Source of the DNA: Eledone cirrhosa
Taxonomy: Eukaryota
Assembly: GCA_964016885.1 (NCBI GenBank)
Contig: OZ024743.1
Location: forward strand, 115,692,001-115,756,000
Length of the DNA: 64,000 nt
Direction of reading: 5' to 3'
Part shown: piece by piece, positions 49,270-62,400 of the stretch
Position numbering within the stretch: position 1 is the stretch's first letter
Layout: the number at the start of each line of letters is the position of its first letter
Translations under genes and position numbers: made by a program
The notes under the pieces: model-generated
The model's database searches: none
What the model was told of the DNA's origin: nothing
Seen by the model: only the letters and a program-made list of their open reading frames with translations

Positions 49270-50325
49270 TAATAAAAATAATGAATAAAAACAAAGAAAC
49301 AGTTCCTTATATTAAAAAATTCATCATTTTACGAACGTTTCTAGGATATATATGTTTGTGTTGGTATGTATATCATATAGATCTATGTAAAATTTTTACA
49401 AACTCTCAGAGGGTATATACATACCTACACATATATATGCTGTCTTCAGAAATAGTGATATTTCTTTATTGAAAAAAACCAACAAAGATTTAATATAATA
49501 GGTCTGTTTGGGAACAGGTTTTGAATTGACCAATAGAAAGGTAGTAAGTGATCAAGATGGTAGAAAAGTAGTAATAGAACTTTAAATTAGGGGTAGAGGA
49601 AAGCAGATTTCAGTTTTGAATGGAAAGATTATGATGAATGAAAAGATTATATTAGGGATAAAAATAGATCAAGTCGGTAAAAGTTACACGAAAAATTGAT
49701 GTTATAAAAGAATAATGCTAATGTAAATATCTAAGGAGAATAAAATTTTACGATAAATGTGTTAGTGAAAAATATCAATCTCATTTAAAATATAGGGAAT
49801 TTACATCTATAAAAAGAAAATAAATTAATTAAATTGATAGGTATATTTATATTGATAAATTTATATTAATTCATATATAAGAGTTAGATGTAATTGAAGA
49901 GTGCTGTTAAAAACGAAGGGAAAATAAAAAAAATAATAATTATTATTGTTTGGGGGGGGGTAAATTTATTAGTGAGAAATAACAAATTTATATAGATTAT
50001 AAGGAACATAGAATCATAACCTGAAATTAAAATAGTTTATATGTATACTTATTGGTATACATTTTAGGAAAGGATAGCTGTAAAAGGGAAATAAAATTAT
50101 GCAGTTCATAAGTAGTAGAATATTAATTATAGGTTAACTAATTTTTAAAAAGTGTATATTAATTAGGTTTATAAGATTTAAAAGTTCTTCTCAGTTTATG
50201 ACTACATGATATAATTAATTCCTGTCGTTTATTTAATAGGATATCCTTAGATTTCATTATTTCAAAAAGTTCCTGGGAACATAATCTACATTCCTATCTA
50301 TTATTTTGATAAGGGGTGGCCCTTT
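49270..50325 (-). mobile_element. 3' end of a second Naiad-like subfamily (EN C-terminus, 3'UTR, hammerhead motif)
   Basis: ATPYQNNR*ECRLCSQELFEIMKSKDILLNKRQELIISCSH..YKPN*, diverged from 13527-13709. Confidence 0.8.
49322..49457 (-). ncRNA. Hammerhead candidate with ~100-nt stem-II insertion
   Basis: cacuauuu CUGAAGA..(long AU-rich hairpin)..GAAA CGUUCG UA aaaugaug; GUA cleavage triplet. Confidence 0.6.
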
Positions 50326-50326
50326 T

Positions 50327-51614
50327 CATGGTTGTTGGGGGTACCTACATAATTCTCATTAATCATTGAGCTATTCTTATTCTAATTAATGTTAGCGAGA
50401 GAATGAATGCTGCTTTGTGGGTGATTTAGTGCTGGGGTTGTATTGTGATTTTGTGTTACGTTGTTTTTGTGATGGTGATTTGGGTGGTTGTGTTTTCCAG
50501 GTTGAAGGATTGTATTATTTGTCCTTTTAAAAGGTGCAGTCTTATTTAAATTATGTTGTGGTGGCGGGGTCATATTATTTTTAAATTTATAAATGTTGTA
50601 GTTGGTTATATTTTGCTGGAGATTGTTTGATGTAGAGTATGAGAATTTAACAGTATACGTGTTAAATATTTGGTGGTATCTGTGGTTGGGTGGAAAATGT
50701 TTATGTAGAATTTCGAAGAATTTGGGGGGAATTTGTCCAATCGTTTACAGGTTGAAGGGTGCGTTGTACCATGTTATATTTCTTTTGCGTGTTTTAGTTA
50801 AGTTCTTATTCCCACTTATATTAATGTGCTGTGTTCTAGAAGAGTTCTTATGGTTAGTATTTGTATTTGTGGAATTTGGTAAATTGCAGTGGTTGTATTT
50901 GGTGTTATTATTGGGTAGATTATAAGAGGTTGAATGTTTGGTAGTCATATGTGAGTTGTTACCATTGGCCATAGATCGTGTAGTAATACTTGTTGTTGTT
51001 TCTCGGTTGTTTGGTGTGATAGGAATGACCCCACTGGGCATTTGTTTCGATGGCATTTTTTGGTGTTTGTACTGTTTGCTAGGTTTTGTAGTATGGTCCA
51101 TAGTAGTGTTTCAGATATATGACATTTTTTCTTTATATCCACTTCTAGTTAGGGACTCGTTGTGGAAGGGTGCATTTTTATAAAATATATCCTCATTGGA
51201 AGATAATTTAGAAAGTCTAAGAGATATGTTATATACTAAGTTTTTGAGTATAGAGCCAATGTGGTTAGAGCGTGAATGTACATAGTGTAGATTCTGGTTG
51301 GGTTTGTGGTAAGGTAGATAAATATTCGTAGAGAGGTCTAAGGTAATGTTTGTTTTTTGTTTTTCTCTATATTAGAATTGATAATATTGTTAGATATCAA
51401 TAGACAATCATCCCGGTAAAGACCTCCTGTGAGGCGGGGAAAAGAGGAATGAATATTATAGAAGAGAAATAGTCCAACGAGATCTGTAACTTGAGCAGAG
51501 TCCATAGATCCCATCGTTATATCGAATAAGTTTTTTATGTGTTTCTTGACCAGTGTTCTTCTTGAAAGTTTAGCAAGGTTTTTCTAGCGTGAGTTATGAT
51601 GTTGATTTCTTCAG
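50327..51614 (-). mobile_element. Naiad-like PLE copy 2, inverted RT segment
   Basis: Reverse complement of ~11965-13270; contains GGLYRDDC. Confidence 0.9.
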
Positions 51615-52476
51615 TATGACCACACCACCACAACATAATTTAAATAAGACTGCACCTTTTAAAAGGACAAATTATACAACCTGGAAAATACAACAACCCA
51701 AATCTCCAACACAAAAACAACATGACACAAAATCACAATACAACTCCAGCACTAAATCACCCACAAAGCAGCATTCATTCTCTCGCTAACATTAATTAGA
51801 ATAACAATAGCTCAATGATTAATGAGAATTATGTAGTTACCCCCAACAACCATCTTACGTATGGTTCTAATTGCAGAAATAGAAGCGCTTGCACCTTAAA
51901 TGGCAACTGTTTGATTAATAATGTCATATATAAATGCACTGTGTCTACTACTGACTCCAACAAATCATATATATGATCTACATCGAACACATTTAAGAAA
52001 ATATATTACGCACACTCCAGTAGCTTTAACAATACTAAACTAGCTAACACCAGATATTTAGCTGAAGCAGTAAATAACTATAAAAAGAAAAAAAATAGAT
52101 TTCAAAGTCTCCATATGTTGGGAACAGGAGAGAATGCAGATTATGTTCCGGGGAAATCTTGGAAATTACTAAATCTAAGGACGATTTATTGAATAAAAGA
52201 CAGGAACTGATTATAGCTTGTAATCACCGTATACGAAAAACATTTAAGTACTATAAACGTAATTAAACATTCTAAATAGCAATTCACTATAATTCTATGT
52301 TACGTACCATTTGTTAGTATCCCCTTCGCCTAATTATACGCCTTCGTGCTTATTTTTAATTTTTTAACCATTTAATTGTTTACCTTCCATAGATTCATGC
52401 GTGACTGACTAAGGGCATCAAGGTACATAACTACCTGTAATTGCATGGGTATACATGTATCTATGTATGTATGATA

Positions 52477-52608
<132 letters not shown>

Positions 52609-52672
52609 CGTATGTGTGTATATGTGTATGTACTTGTATGTGTGTGTACATGTATACATGTATGTATAAGTG

Positions 52673-52706
<34 letters not shown>

Positions 52707-52710
<4 letters not shown>

Positions 52711-53148
52711 AGTATGTACTCGTACATAGATATATGTATACAGACGTACAGTAGTATGTATATATATATATACATACATGCACTCATATATATATATATG
52801 TATATGTACGTATGCATTCACCAAACATTTATTATAATGCTCGGTGTGTTCCTAAAAAAAATCCCGTATTATGCCGTACAGTATTTAACAACCATCGTTG
52901 CCCTTTTGTTCAACACTGACAAAGGAACGATGTACTAGTTTCAAGCTTATTAGCTATAGTCAGCACCGTATGCCTTCTTGGTAAACATTGTACGGCTTAA
53001 TTCGGGATGTTTGTTTCAAACACACCAAGCAGTATAATAAATATTCGGTGAATCCATACGTACATATATATATGTATGCATGTAGGTATATATATACATA
53101 ATGCTGTACGTCTGTATACATATATGTATGTACGTGTACATACTTATA
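52707..53148. repeat. Imperfect foldback element, ~185-bp arms
   Basis: tataagtatgtac..cagacgtacag..gccgtaca versus tgtacggc..ctgtacgtctg..gtacatacttata. Confidence 0.75.
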
Positions 53149-53299
53149 TTTAAGTAACAGGCGTACTAAGGGTGAAAATGAAATTTCTTTACATTTTTCC
53201 GTTTATATATATATATATATATCCAGATGGCTTCCAAAAATAATGGTTGCATTTTAAAAGGGTACGTCAAAGCTTATTTGTAAAACTGTTATATATTGT

Positions 53300-53360
53300 A
53301 TTTTGTCTGATGAAGGCATACCATAATTTAATTTGGTATCCCTGAAATATGTATAATGAA
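53300..53360 (+). ncRNA. Degenerate hammerhead-like motif in a ~180-bp TA-flanked module
   Basis: CTGATGA aggcatacca(taatttaatt)tggtatccct GAAA tatg TA; stem I poor. Confidence 0.45.
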
Positions 53361-53402
53361 ATAAATATGGTTTTATAAATATAGTTTCCATTTATTAATA
53401 TC

Positions 53403-53507
<105 letters not shown>

Positions 53508-53542
53508 TATATATGTATAAATATCTATATATCTATATATAC

Positions 53543-53594
<52 letters not shown>

Positions 53595-54694
53595 ACGTAT
53601 AAGTTTATATCTATGTATGCATATGTATGTTTTTAATGGAGTATCAATGTAATTATGCCTCTATCTATACATGTGAATATATGTACTTTTGTTATCTAAG
53701 AAAATTATGTGTTTTGACTATATGTCAACATACATTTATCTGAGTTTGATTACTTATACATAGACACATTGAAAATATTTACTATTTTATATTTTATTAT
53801 GTATTATACGCTATAACATACTTTATACAATGTACCATACTCTGCTATATTATATTAAATTATATTATAATATTATATTTTATATTTTATTATCTTATTA
53901 TAATTTTCAACTTTTAATATACTATCTTTCCTATTTATGACCATTACTTTAACTATATATATTTATCCTAGTTATCTCTGTATATTTTATATTTACTTTA
54001 TTATATTCACCTAAAAATTCCATACAACACAAATCAACATTTAATTTTTACATTCCTTTTTAAACTTCACTCCACCATCTACATTCCACTATCATTATAA
54101 CAATGCCTTTCTCCTCATAGGTTCTTTATAGTAATTCTATTTTTAACACAATTCAACCATTCCTTTCAAAGTGTCATGACCTCAACTTAAGAGAGTTATA
54201 TTTCATCTTAACATCATTTGGCAAAAGACCATTTGATTGGTTTGTTCTTCAGATACCTCCAAATAAGGTCATAGAACTCAATTTACAATTGATTTTTAAT
54301 AAATATTCCTTGCTTTTGACAACGGCTTATGATATACATGTAGGTAAATATATTCCTTATCAGATATATGCGTACGATGTATTATTACCACCTAGAAACG
54401 ATCGTAAAGCAGATAAGTATATTTCTAATGACTTTAATTTTTATTTCATTGTCTTAACTTCACGCCTGTGAGAAAAAACACTGCGAGAATAACCACAAAC
54501 CATCCATCTAAATTCGACTTTTGAAAAGCAAAAGGAGCGCGACACCGGTAAAGGAACTAAATACATATATATATTTTAAAAAAAAGGCTCCAGTTGCATT
54601 TTCGATTTCATCTTTTTCCCTTATATATACATCTATATTTATATTATTTATTATTATTACTATATATATATGTATATATATTATTTATTATTAT

Positions 54695-54751
<57 letters not shown>

Positions 54752-54882
54752 GATACATCTACCAAGAGTTTACGGTAGTGTCCAATCCGTATGAAGAACT
54801 CAATGTAGTCCGGATATCATGGAAAGAAGAGATGCAATGAAAAATCACTTTCGGTGAAAGATAAACGGAATACAGGGTCAAG

Positions 54883-55301
54883 ATAAAATATTAAAAAAAT
54901 AATGAATAAAACAATGAAACAGTTCCTTATATTAAACAAAAAAAGTTCATTATTTAACGATCGTTTCTAGGATATATATGTGTTAGAATTGGCATGCATA
55001 TTCAACAGATCTATGTACAAAATTATACAAAATTATACAAACTATCAAGATTAAATATACATACCAAACACACATATATGCCGTCTTCAGAAATAATTAT
55101 TTCTGAAGACGGCATATATGTGTGTTTGGTATGTATATTTAATCTTGATAGTTTGTATAATTTTGTATAATTTTGTACATAGATCTGTTGAATATGCATG
55201 CCAATTCTAACACATATATATCCTAGAAACGATCGTTAAATAATGAACTTTTTTTGTTTAATATAAGGAACTGTTTCATTGTTTTATTCATTATTTTTTT
55301 A

Positions 55302-55310
<9 letters not shown>
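54883..55310. repeat. Spacerless palindrome, 214-bp arms, centre 55096/55097, derived from a PLE terminus
   Basis: ..gccgtcttcagaaataa|ttatttctgaagacggc..; homologous to 49265-49455. Confidence 0.95.
55096..55244 (+). ncRNA. Type-I hammerhead candidate with 116-nt stem-II region (mirror copy 54949-55097 on minus strand)
   Basis: AUUAUUU-CUGAAGA-[116 nt]-GAAA-CGAUCG-UU-AAAUAAU: perfect 7-bp stem I, palindromic stem III ACGAUCGU. Confidence 0.65.
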
Positions 55311-55339
<29 letters not shown>

Positions 55340-55350
55340 CTAAGAAAGGA

Positions 55351-56230
55351 ATTTGGCTCTACATGGCTGTATACATAAATGTATTCTGAGTCTTTCGAAT
55401 ATTTATAATAACATTTGATTCGTTTGCAATTATGCAAACAAGCCTCAATTTTATAGGAATGTCAGTAGAATGAACACTTCATCCTTGCTCTTGTGTTGGC
55501 ATGCGAACAGAATAGCAGACACTAATATGCAAATAAGGCCGATCAGTAACTGTATTTTTGAAAATAGCATAGATTTTCACTAGCTCTGATAGTGTGGGAG
55601 GTGAACAGTGAGTGGTACTCATGAAGGGTGATACCCAGAAACATTAGTGTTTGCAGTTCTGTTCTCATGCCAACACAAGAGCAATAATAAAATGTTCATT
55701 CTACTGACATGCCTATAAAATTTAGGTTTGTTTGCATAATTGCAAACAAATCGAATGTTAATATTAATATTCGAAAAACTCAGATTACATTTATTGTGTT
55801 CAGCTATGTAGAGCGAAATTTTCTTTTTTATATGAATTTGGCAAAGCCGGCCATTTATCGCTCGTATACAGGAAACTGACTGGCCAGTCTCTGTTATGCA
55901 AGTCTGGCTGAGCATTGGATCTGCTAATATGCAGATCTGACTGATCAGCCTGTCTGCTAATATGCAAATCAGGCCGATCAGTCAGTGTATTTTTGAAAAT
56001 AGCATATATTTTCATTAGCTCTGACAGGTTGGTAGGTGAACAGAGAGCTGTACTGATGAAGGGTGATACGTAGAAATATTACTGTCTGCAGATCTGTTCG
56101 CATGCTAACACAAGAGCAAGAATGAAGTGCTCATTCTACAGACTTGGCTATAAAATTGGGGCTTGTTTGCATAATTGCATACAAATCGAATGTTATTATT
56201 AATATTCGAAAAACTCAGATTGCATTTATT
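55351..56230. repeat. Composite inverted plus tandem repeat of a dispersed family (also at ~22620-22815)
   Basis: 55351-55525 is the inverse of 55642-55820; 55522-55800 is repeated at 55957-56230. Confidence 0.8.
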
Positions 56231-56297
56231 ATATATACTAATATATATTAATATATACATTTATTATTATTACTATATATATATATATATATATAAA

Positions 56298-56364
<67 letters not shown>

Positions 56365-57556
56365 ATATAATAGGAACAAAGAGGGAGTGGGGGAAACCCA
56401 GTCAAGCGTTGAAAGTGAAATCTATACACCAGATTCTAAGTGTAGCGAAGAAGAGGAGGGAGGGGTGAAAGAATAGGTAAATCGAAAGGCAGTAAAGAAA
56501 ACCCATTATAAAAATAAATATATAAAAATCAATTTCTGGTTACTAACCCATTTCCACAATCACCAAACCTCTCATTGGTATTGCTAAGCTATAGAAAAGT
56601 TTAATAGGTGGAGAATGGTAACAATACTATATACGATATAGTAGTGAAATCATTTTATAAAGCCGGCTTTATAGGGGGTCTAACAAACTGCTATAGATAT
56701 TTAATAATGAGCCAATGGTATCTTACAATGACAGGTTAATAAGTTGAGAAGAAAAAATACTAAGATACTACTACAAAATACTAATACAAAATATTAATAC
56801 AATAATACTAATACAAAAATACTAATACAAACATTCTAATACAAAAATAATAATACAAAATACCACTAAGAAATTTTGAAACCACAGAAATGGAGCAGCA
56901 ACCAGAAAGAAAACAATTTACTGGGGTCTAACACATCTGCTATAAAAAACGTAATCGGCCAATTCTATCTTAAAATTAGGGGGGAGGGGTACTGAGGCTA
57001 CAGAGGATCGATGGGCTGCATCGGGGTCGGCGAAAGTTGAAAAAAAGACGAGGAAGGAGATCTAGGGTGGAAGGACTAGGAAGAGATAGGGGGAAGAAGG
57101 AAACATAGAGGAAAAGATAAAAAAGTTACGTCTACCTTTGCATGCTGGGGTTACCCCTTACAAAATCGGTAAGTGGGGGTATCAGCCCTTGTGTTTGCAT
57201 GCGGTTACCAGTTCGGTTACTAGTTTGTGTTTCCCCCACACCCTCTTTGTTCTACCTGCAAGTTCAGCCACCCCTACCTCCCACCAAATGCCATGATACA
57301 TTCATCTGTCTTTACAACAAACTTTTAACCAATCCTCTCGACAATTACTATCTTCCCAAATAAGGAAATACCCCCTGAGAAGTTCGGCTATTTATTTACC
57401 AGGCTAACAATTCCTATTTAGTCCAGAAATAGCCATCAAAACAGCTTGAGCTCTGCCGTTGGGGTCATACTTGTTTATATTACCCACTCTACTACCCTAA
57501 GTATTGAGTTCTTTGGTGCGTTATGGTCCATCTGGTTCCTTACCACAATTCCTTCG

Positions 57557-57618
<62 letters not shown>

Positions 57619-57710
57619 ATCTCATTATATATGTATATATAATAATATATATATATTTATATGTATATATGTATATATAGAGATGTATACATAGAGAAGT
57701 ATATATATAT

Positions 57711-57778
<68 letters not shown>

Positions 57779-57779
<1 letters not shown>

Positions 57780-58000
57780 TGTAATAAACAACATAAGGCA
57801 ATTATTCCATTTACCAGTGGTTTCTTAAAAGCAAAACATTTTGCTTTCAATCATCAGAATGAAAAAATCCTGGTCGAGGATTAGGTGTATTCATTTCATG
57901 AAAATCATGATTTTTTCATTCTGATGATTGAAAGCAAATTTTTTTGCTTTTAAGAAACCACTGGTAAATGGAATAATTGCCTTATGTTGTTTATTACATA
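57779..58000. repeat. Inverted repeat (~91-bp arms) in (TA)n, each arm holding a hammerhead
   Basis: 57779-57869 is the reverse complement of 57909-58000. Confidence 0.9.
57914..57973 (+). ncRNA. Complete type-I hammerhead candidate (mirror copy 57805-57864 on minus strand)
   Basis: UUUCAUU-CUGAUGA-UUGAAAGCAAA(loop)UUUGCUUUUAA-GAAA-CC(acu)GG-UA-AAUGGAA; GUA cleavage triplet. Confidence 0.72.
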
Positions 58001-58066
58001 AATATTAAGCTCTGTTACATACATAGAGCACTCTTTTTTCCTGGTCTTTTCCGACGGAATTACTTC

Positions 58067-58173
<107 letters not shown>

Positions 58174-58438
58174 TATATGCATATGTCTGTGTCATTGGTT
58201 TTATAAATTATTTCTGCTCCAAGAGTAAGTTAGTAATTTGACAAATATATATTAATGGAATAAGAACCACATGAAATAGTTTCCTGGTTTGACGTGATCG
58301 ACTAAAACTTTAAAGCCAATGTCATTGCAAGGCCGATATGGTGAAATCATTTAAAGAAAATGTGTGCGTCTCTATATGTGAATGTACAAATGTGTATCTA
58401 TGTTTGTATTTGTGTATGCGTTCTATGAGTGTCGGGAT

Positions 58439-58513
<75 letters not shown>

Positions 58514-58789
58514 TGTGTGTGTGTGTGTGTTTATGTATTCATAAGATTATATGTGTACTTGTAAAAATGCCATTGATAAGGATGTACCGGAAATTAAAAA
58601 CTGGTCGCCCAATAAATCACAAAATAATTCTGTCACCAAAAGCTTATTGCTACAATTTACTTCAGACAAAGTAGCCTCGTTTTAGAACAGTACGTCCAAT
58701 TAATGTCTTATCAAGCAAAATACAAAAATAGGCATGAACAATTTCTAAATAACTCTAATACATTCGCTACATCTTCATTAGACCTATTT

Positions 58790-59207
58790 AGTGATGGTAA
58801 TGATAAAGATGAAGATTATACAGATCATGATGATAATAATGATGAGAATATATTGTTGATGATGATCATGATAACCATGGTAAACATCATGATGAGGGTG
58901 ATGCTGATGATGGTAATGACGATGATGATGATGATGATGATGATGATGATAATGGTGATGATGATGACTACAATGATGGTGATGATGATGATGAAGATGA
59001 TGATGATGATCATCATCATCGTGTTCACTTGGAAACATTATTAAGAGGCTTAATCCGATCAAACCCACGTTTATTAAGATGATTTTCATGAAATGAATAA
59101 AGCTAATAAAATTAAGATAACGATGATAATGATGAGGATGATGAAGAAGAGGAAGAAAAAGTGGGGTAAATATTTCATTTCGTTACTCAGAACAGCAATA
59201 TAATAAT

Positions 59208-59243
<36 letters not shown>
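58790..59243. repeat. Degenerate (GAT)n region followed by (AAT)n
   Basis: Direct observation; poly-M/poly-H ORFs are artefacts. Confidence 0.9.
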
Positions 59244-59244
<1 letters not shown>

Positions 59245-59486
59245 TTTTCTTTATTAACCACAAGGGTTCACATAAAGTAGACATTAAGGACAGTACAGGA
59301 CAATACAGGACGGTACAAATGGGCATTTCTGCGTGTAAAAAAACAGAGGTTGAAATAAAATAACAAAGAAAAATTCCCCAATAGGGGGGAGACTTCCAAG
59401 GTACATTTGTGGAGAAAGCCCATTAAAAGACCACAGTGGCCCTGACCACCAGGGCAAGTGCCCTCTCCCAGTTTTCCACCTTTAAA

Positions 59487-62400
59487 TTACAGACACATAC
59501 TCAGAGAAGGCCCATTCATTCGGGCCATACTTGCTTCTCTCACCCATCTTTCAACAAAATGCTGGGAAGAGAGCACTTCCCTCTCTACCTTGATTTTCCT
59601 TTTCAAATGAAATTTGAAAAAGTTAATCAGGGCATCACCGAAGAGGTAAGTGCTCGTCTTCAGCCCTTTCAAACGTGTCCACCATACTATCTCTTTCGCC
59701 ATGGCCACCAGACAGATAAAAACTGCCTGCCCTTCCAGGCTAAAGGAAGGGGGCGGGGCAATCCTCAAGATGGACTCAGCTGACAGCCGGATCCGTCCTA
59801 CACGTGACAGCAGGTGTTCGACATAAACCCACAAGTCAGCAATGCTCGGACACTGGACGAGTGCATGCAGGACGGTTTCGTCGCCCTGCGCGCATCTCGG
59901 ACATGCCCGGCTGACGGCACCTCCATGCCTGTAGAGTTTATCCCGAACTGGCAAAGCTCCTCGGTAGCACTGCCAGGCCAGGGATTTCTGGAAGTTGTCC
60001 ATAGGCCCCGGCCAGAAAGTCCTTCCGAAGAGATTGGCTAGTTGATTTTCGTCGACGCCTAGAGTTTCTCCAAGTACGTCGTCGCTCTTCCCTTCCACTA
60101 ATCCCCTATAGAACGCCAAGGTGGAGTTTCCACCGATCACATTGCCCGATTGGTCGAGGGCTGTGAGCGCCTGAAGACATTCCAGTCTCCAAGCGCTCCC
60201 TCTCGGTCTTCGCTTGACCCAGGACTGCAGCTCCGTCAAGGAGACGAGCTGGGGAAAAACGTGTCTTGCAAACGGCGACCACACCTGATCACCGTCGAGG
60301 AAGAGGTGGAGATGTCGTAGCCTGAGCGCGTGTCTGCGCATCATCAGCCACGGCATGCCCAGCCCTCCACGTAGCGGGTGTTGACAGCAGATGGACCGCC
60401 TGACCATCGGAGCGCGTCCCTTCCACAAGAAGCGAAAGAGCAAACGCTCCAGCGCAGTCAGGCGGGGCTTAGGACAAGGTACGACGGTCAGGCGGTAGTA
60501 GATGACGGATGCGATGTACGCATTCGCCACCTCCGCTCGACCTTTCAGGATAGCTTCCTCTCGGCCCATTTCTGGGTGAGAGAAGCCACCCTGCTCGTCA
60601 CCTCGTCCCAGTTTTTGTCCGTCTGGAGGTCTGGACCGAATCAGACTCCTAGCAATTTAACCGGTCCCCTAGCAATTTAACCGGACCTACCTCTCCAGGT
60701 GCCGAGCTGCAGGCCCACTGACTTTTCCTGGTTCATCATTGCTCCTGTCACCGCTTCGTATTCTCTTAGTGTAGTGCCGATCGCCTCGATGTGTTTGGCG
60801 TTCGACACCACTACGGTGACATCGTCGGCATATGCTGACACGGATCTTCCGCATCCTAGTTTGTGCAGTAATGGCTCGAGAGTCAATACGTACAATAGGG
60901 ACGAGAGGGGACATCCTTGGCGGACCGAGCGCATGATGTTGAACGGTTCCGAAAGGTGACCGTTCACTCTCACTACAGAGCAGGTGTCGCTGTGCATGGC
61001 AGCGATCCAGCCTCTGAAGACAGGCCCAAAGCCAGCCGCCCTCAGGACTGCCGTTAGGTAACAATGGTCGACCCTATCGAATGCTTTCGACTGATCTAAA
61101 TTGATCAAAGACCCACCCGTGCCAGGTTCCCTAGCTACCCTCTCTACGATGTATCGCATGAGGTGGAGGTTGTCGTGGATGGATCTGTCGGGAATGGCGC
61201 ATGTCTGCGCCTCTCCCACCAGACCACCAACGAGAAGCGCCAACCTCTTTGCTAGCACCTTGGCCAAAATCTTGAACTCTGTGTTTAGCAGAGTTATGGG
61301 CCTAAAATTATCTATGTTATCCCCCTTGTTCGGATCCTTTCTCAGCAGCGCCACCGCTCCTCGGCTCACAGAGCTGGGAATTCTCCCGTTCTGTTTCCAG
61401 TTGCAGTAGACGTCCGCCAAGAGGCCTCCGAACAAGTTTGGCATTTGTACGTAAAGTTCATAGGGCAGACCATCCAAACCAGGCGATTTACCCCTTGTGC
61501 AACTAGTCATTGCATCCCGTACTTCAGCGGTTGTTATCGGCTTTTCGCAACACTCCGCCTCAGTGGCCGAAAGCCGCGGCAGTCCGTCGAGGTAGACACT
61601 AAAGTCCATCCCTCGATCCGGCCCGCCACTGCCCCCGAACAGTTGAGCGAAGTGTCGCTGAAAAGCTTCACACATTTGCCCGGGATCGAGTAGCATGCGC
61701 CCGTCGTGGTCCACCAAAGACCGGATCGTGGCTTTGTTGCCACGACGCGCCTCCGCCACTCGGGCCCATTGAACGGCTTTCGTCCCCTCGTGTCTGAGAG
61801 CACGCACCCTAGCTCTGACAACGCAGCCTTCGTGCTTTGCATTGAAGAATTGGTCAAGGGCCAATTTCGCCGCAAGTACGTCGGTCGCGATGCCTTTGCT
61901 AAGCGCCTCATCTAATTTTCTAACTAATTCTCCCTCTGCTCTATTTTTCTCTATTGCTAAAGTCTTACTAAACCTAATGGACTCTATTCTAATTGCCCTT
62001 TTCAGAGCAAACCACCACTTGTTGTTGACGATGGCCTCCGTCAACGCCCGCTTAACTAGTTCGCTAATCCGGTCTCTCTAGGCCTTGCGCGCTGGTAAGG
62101 ACGCGTTTAGCTTCCAGTAGCCGGGTCCTTGTCTATGAAGCCTATCTAAGTCAAGCACACAGATCACGAATTTGTGGTCCGTGTAGCTGACTATCTTGAA
62201 TTGTGGACAGCCTATGCTAGACCTATCTATTTCCCTACAAAATACTCTATCTAGATATGATCTGGATGACCCTATGCGATTTGTCCAAGTCCACATTGGT
62301 ACATTCGGGAAATCCATTCGGTACCTGTCAGACAGTTCAAAACGTCTGAGCAGGTTGGTGAGACTCTTGCACCCCCCTTCCCTATCCACTAATCCCACAC

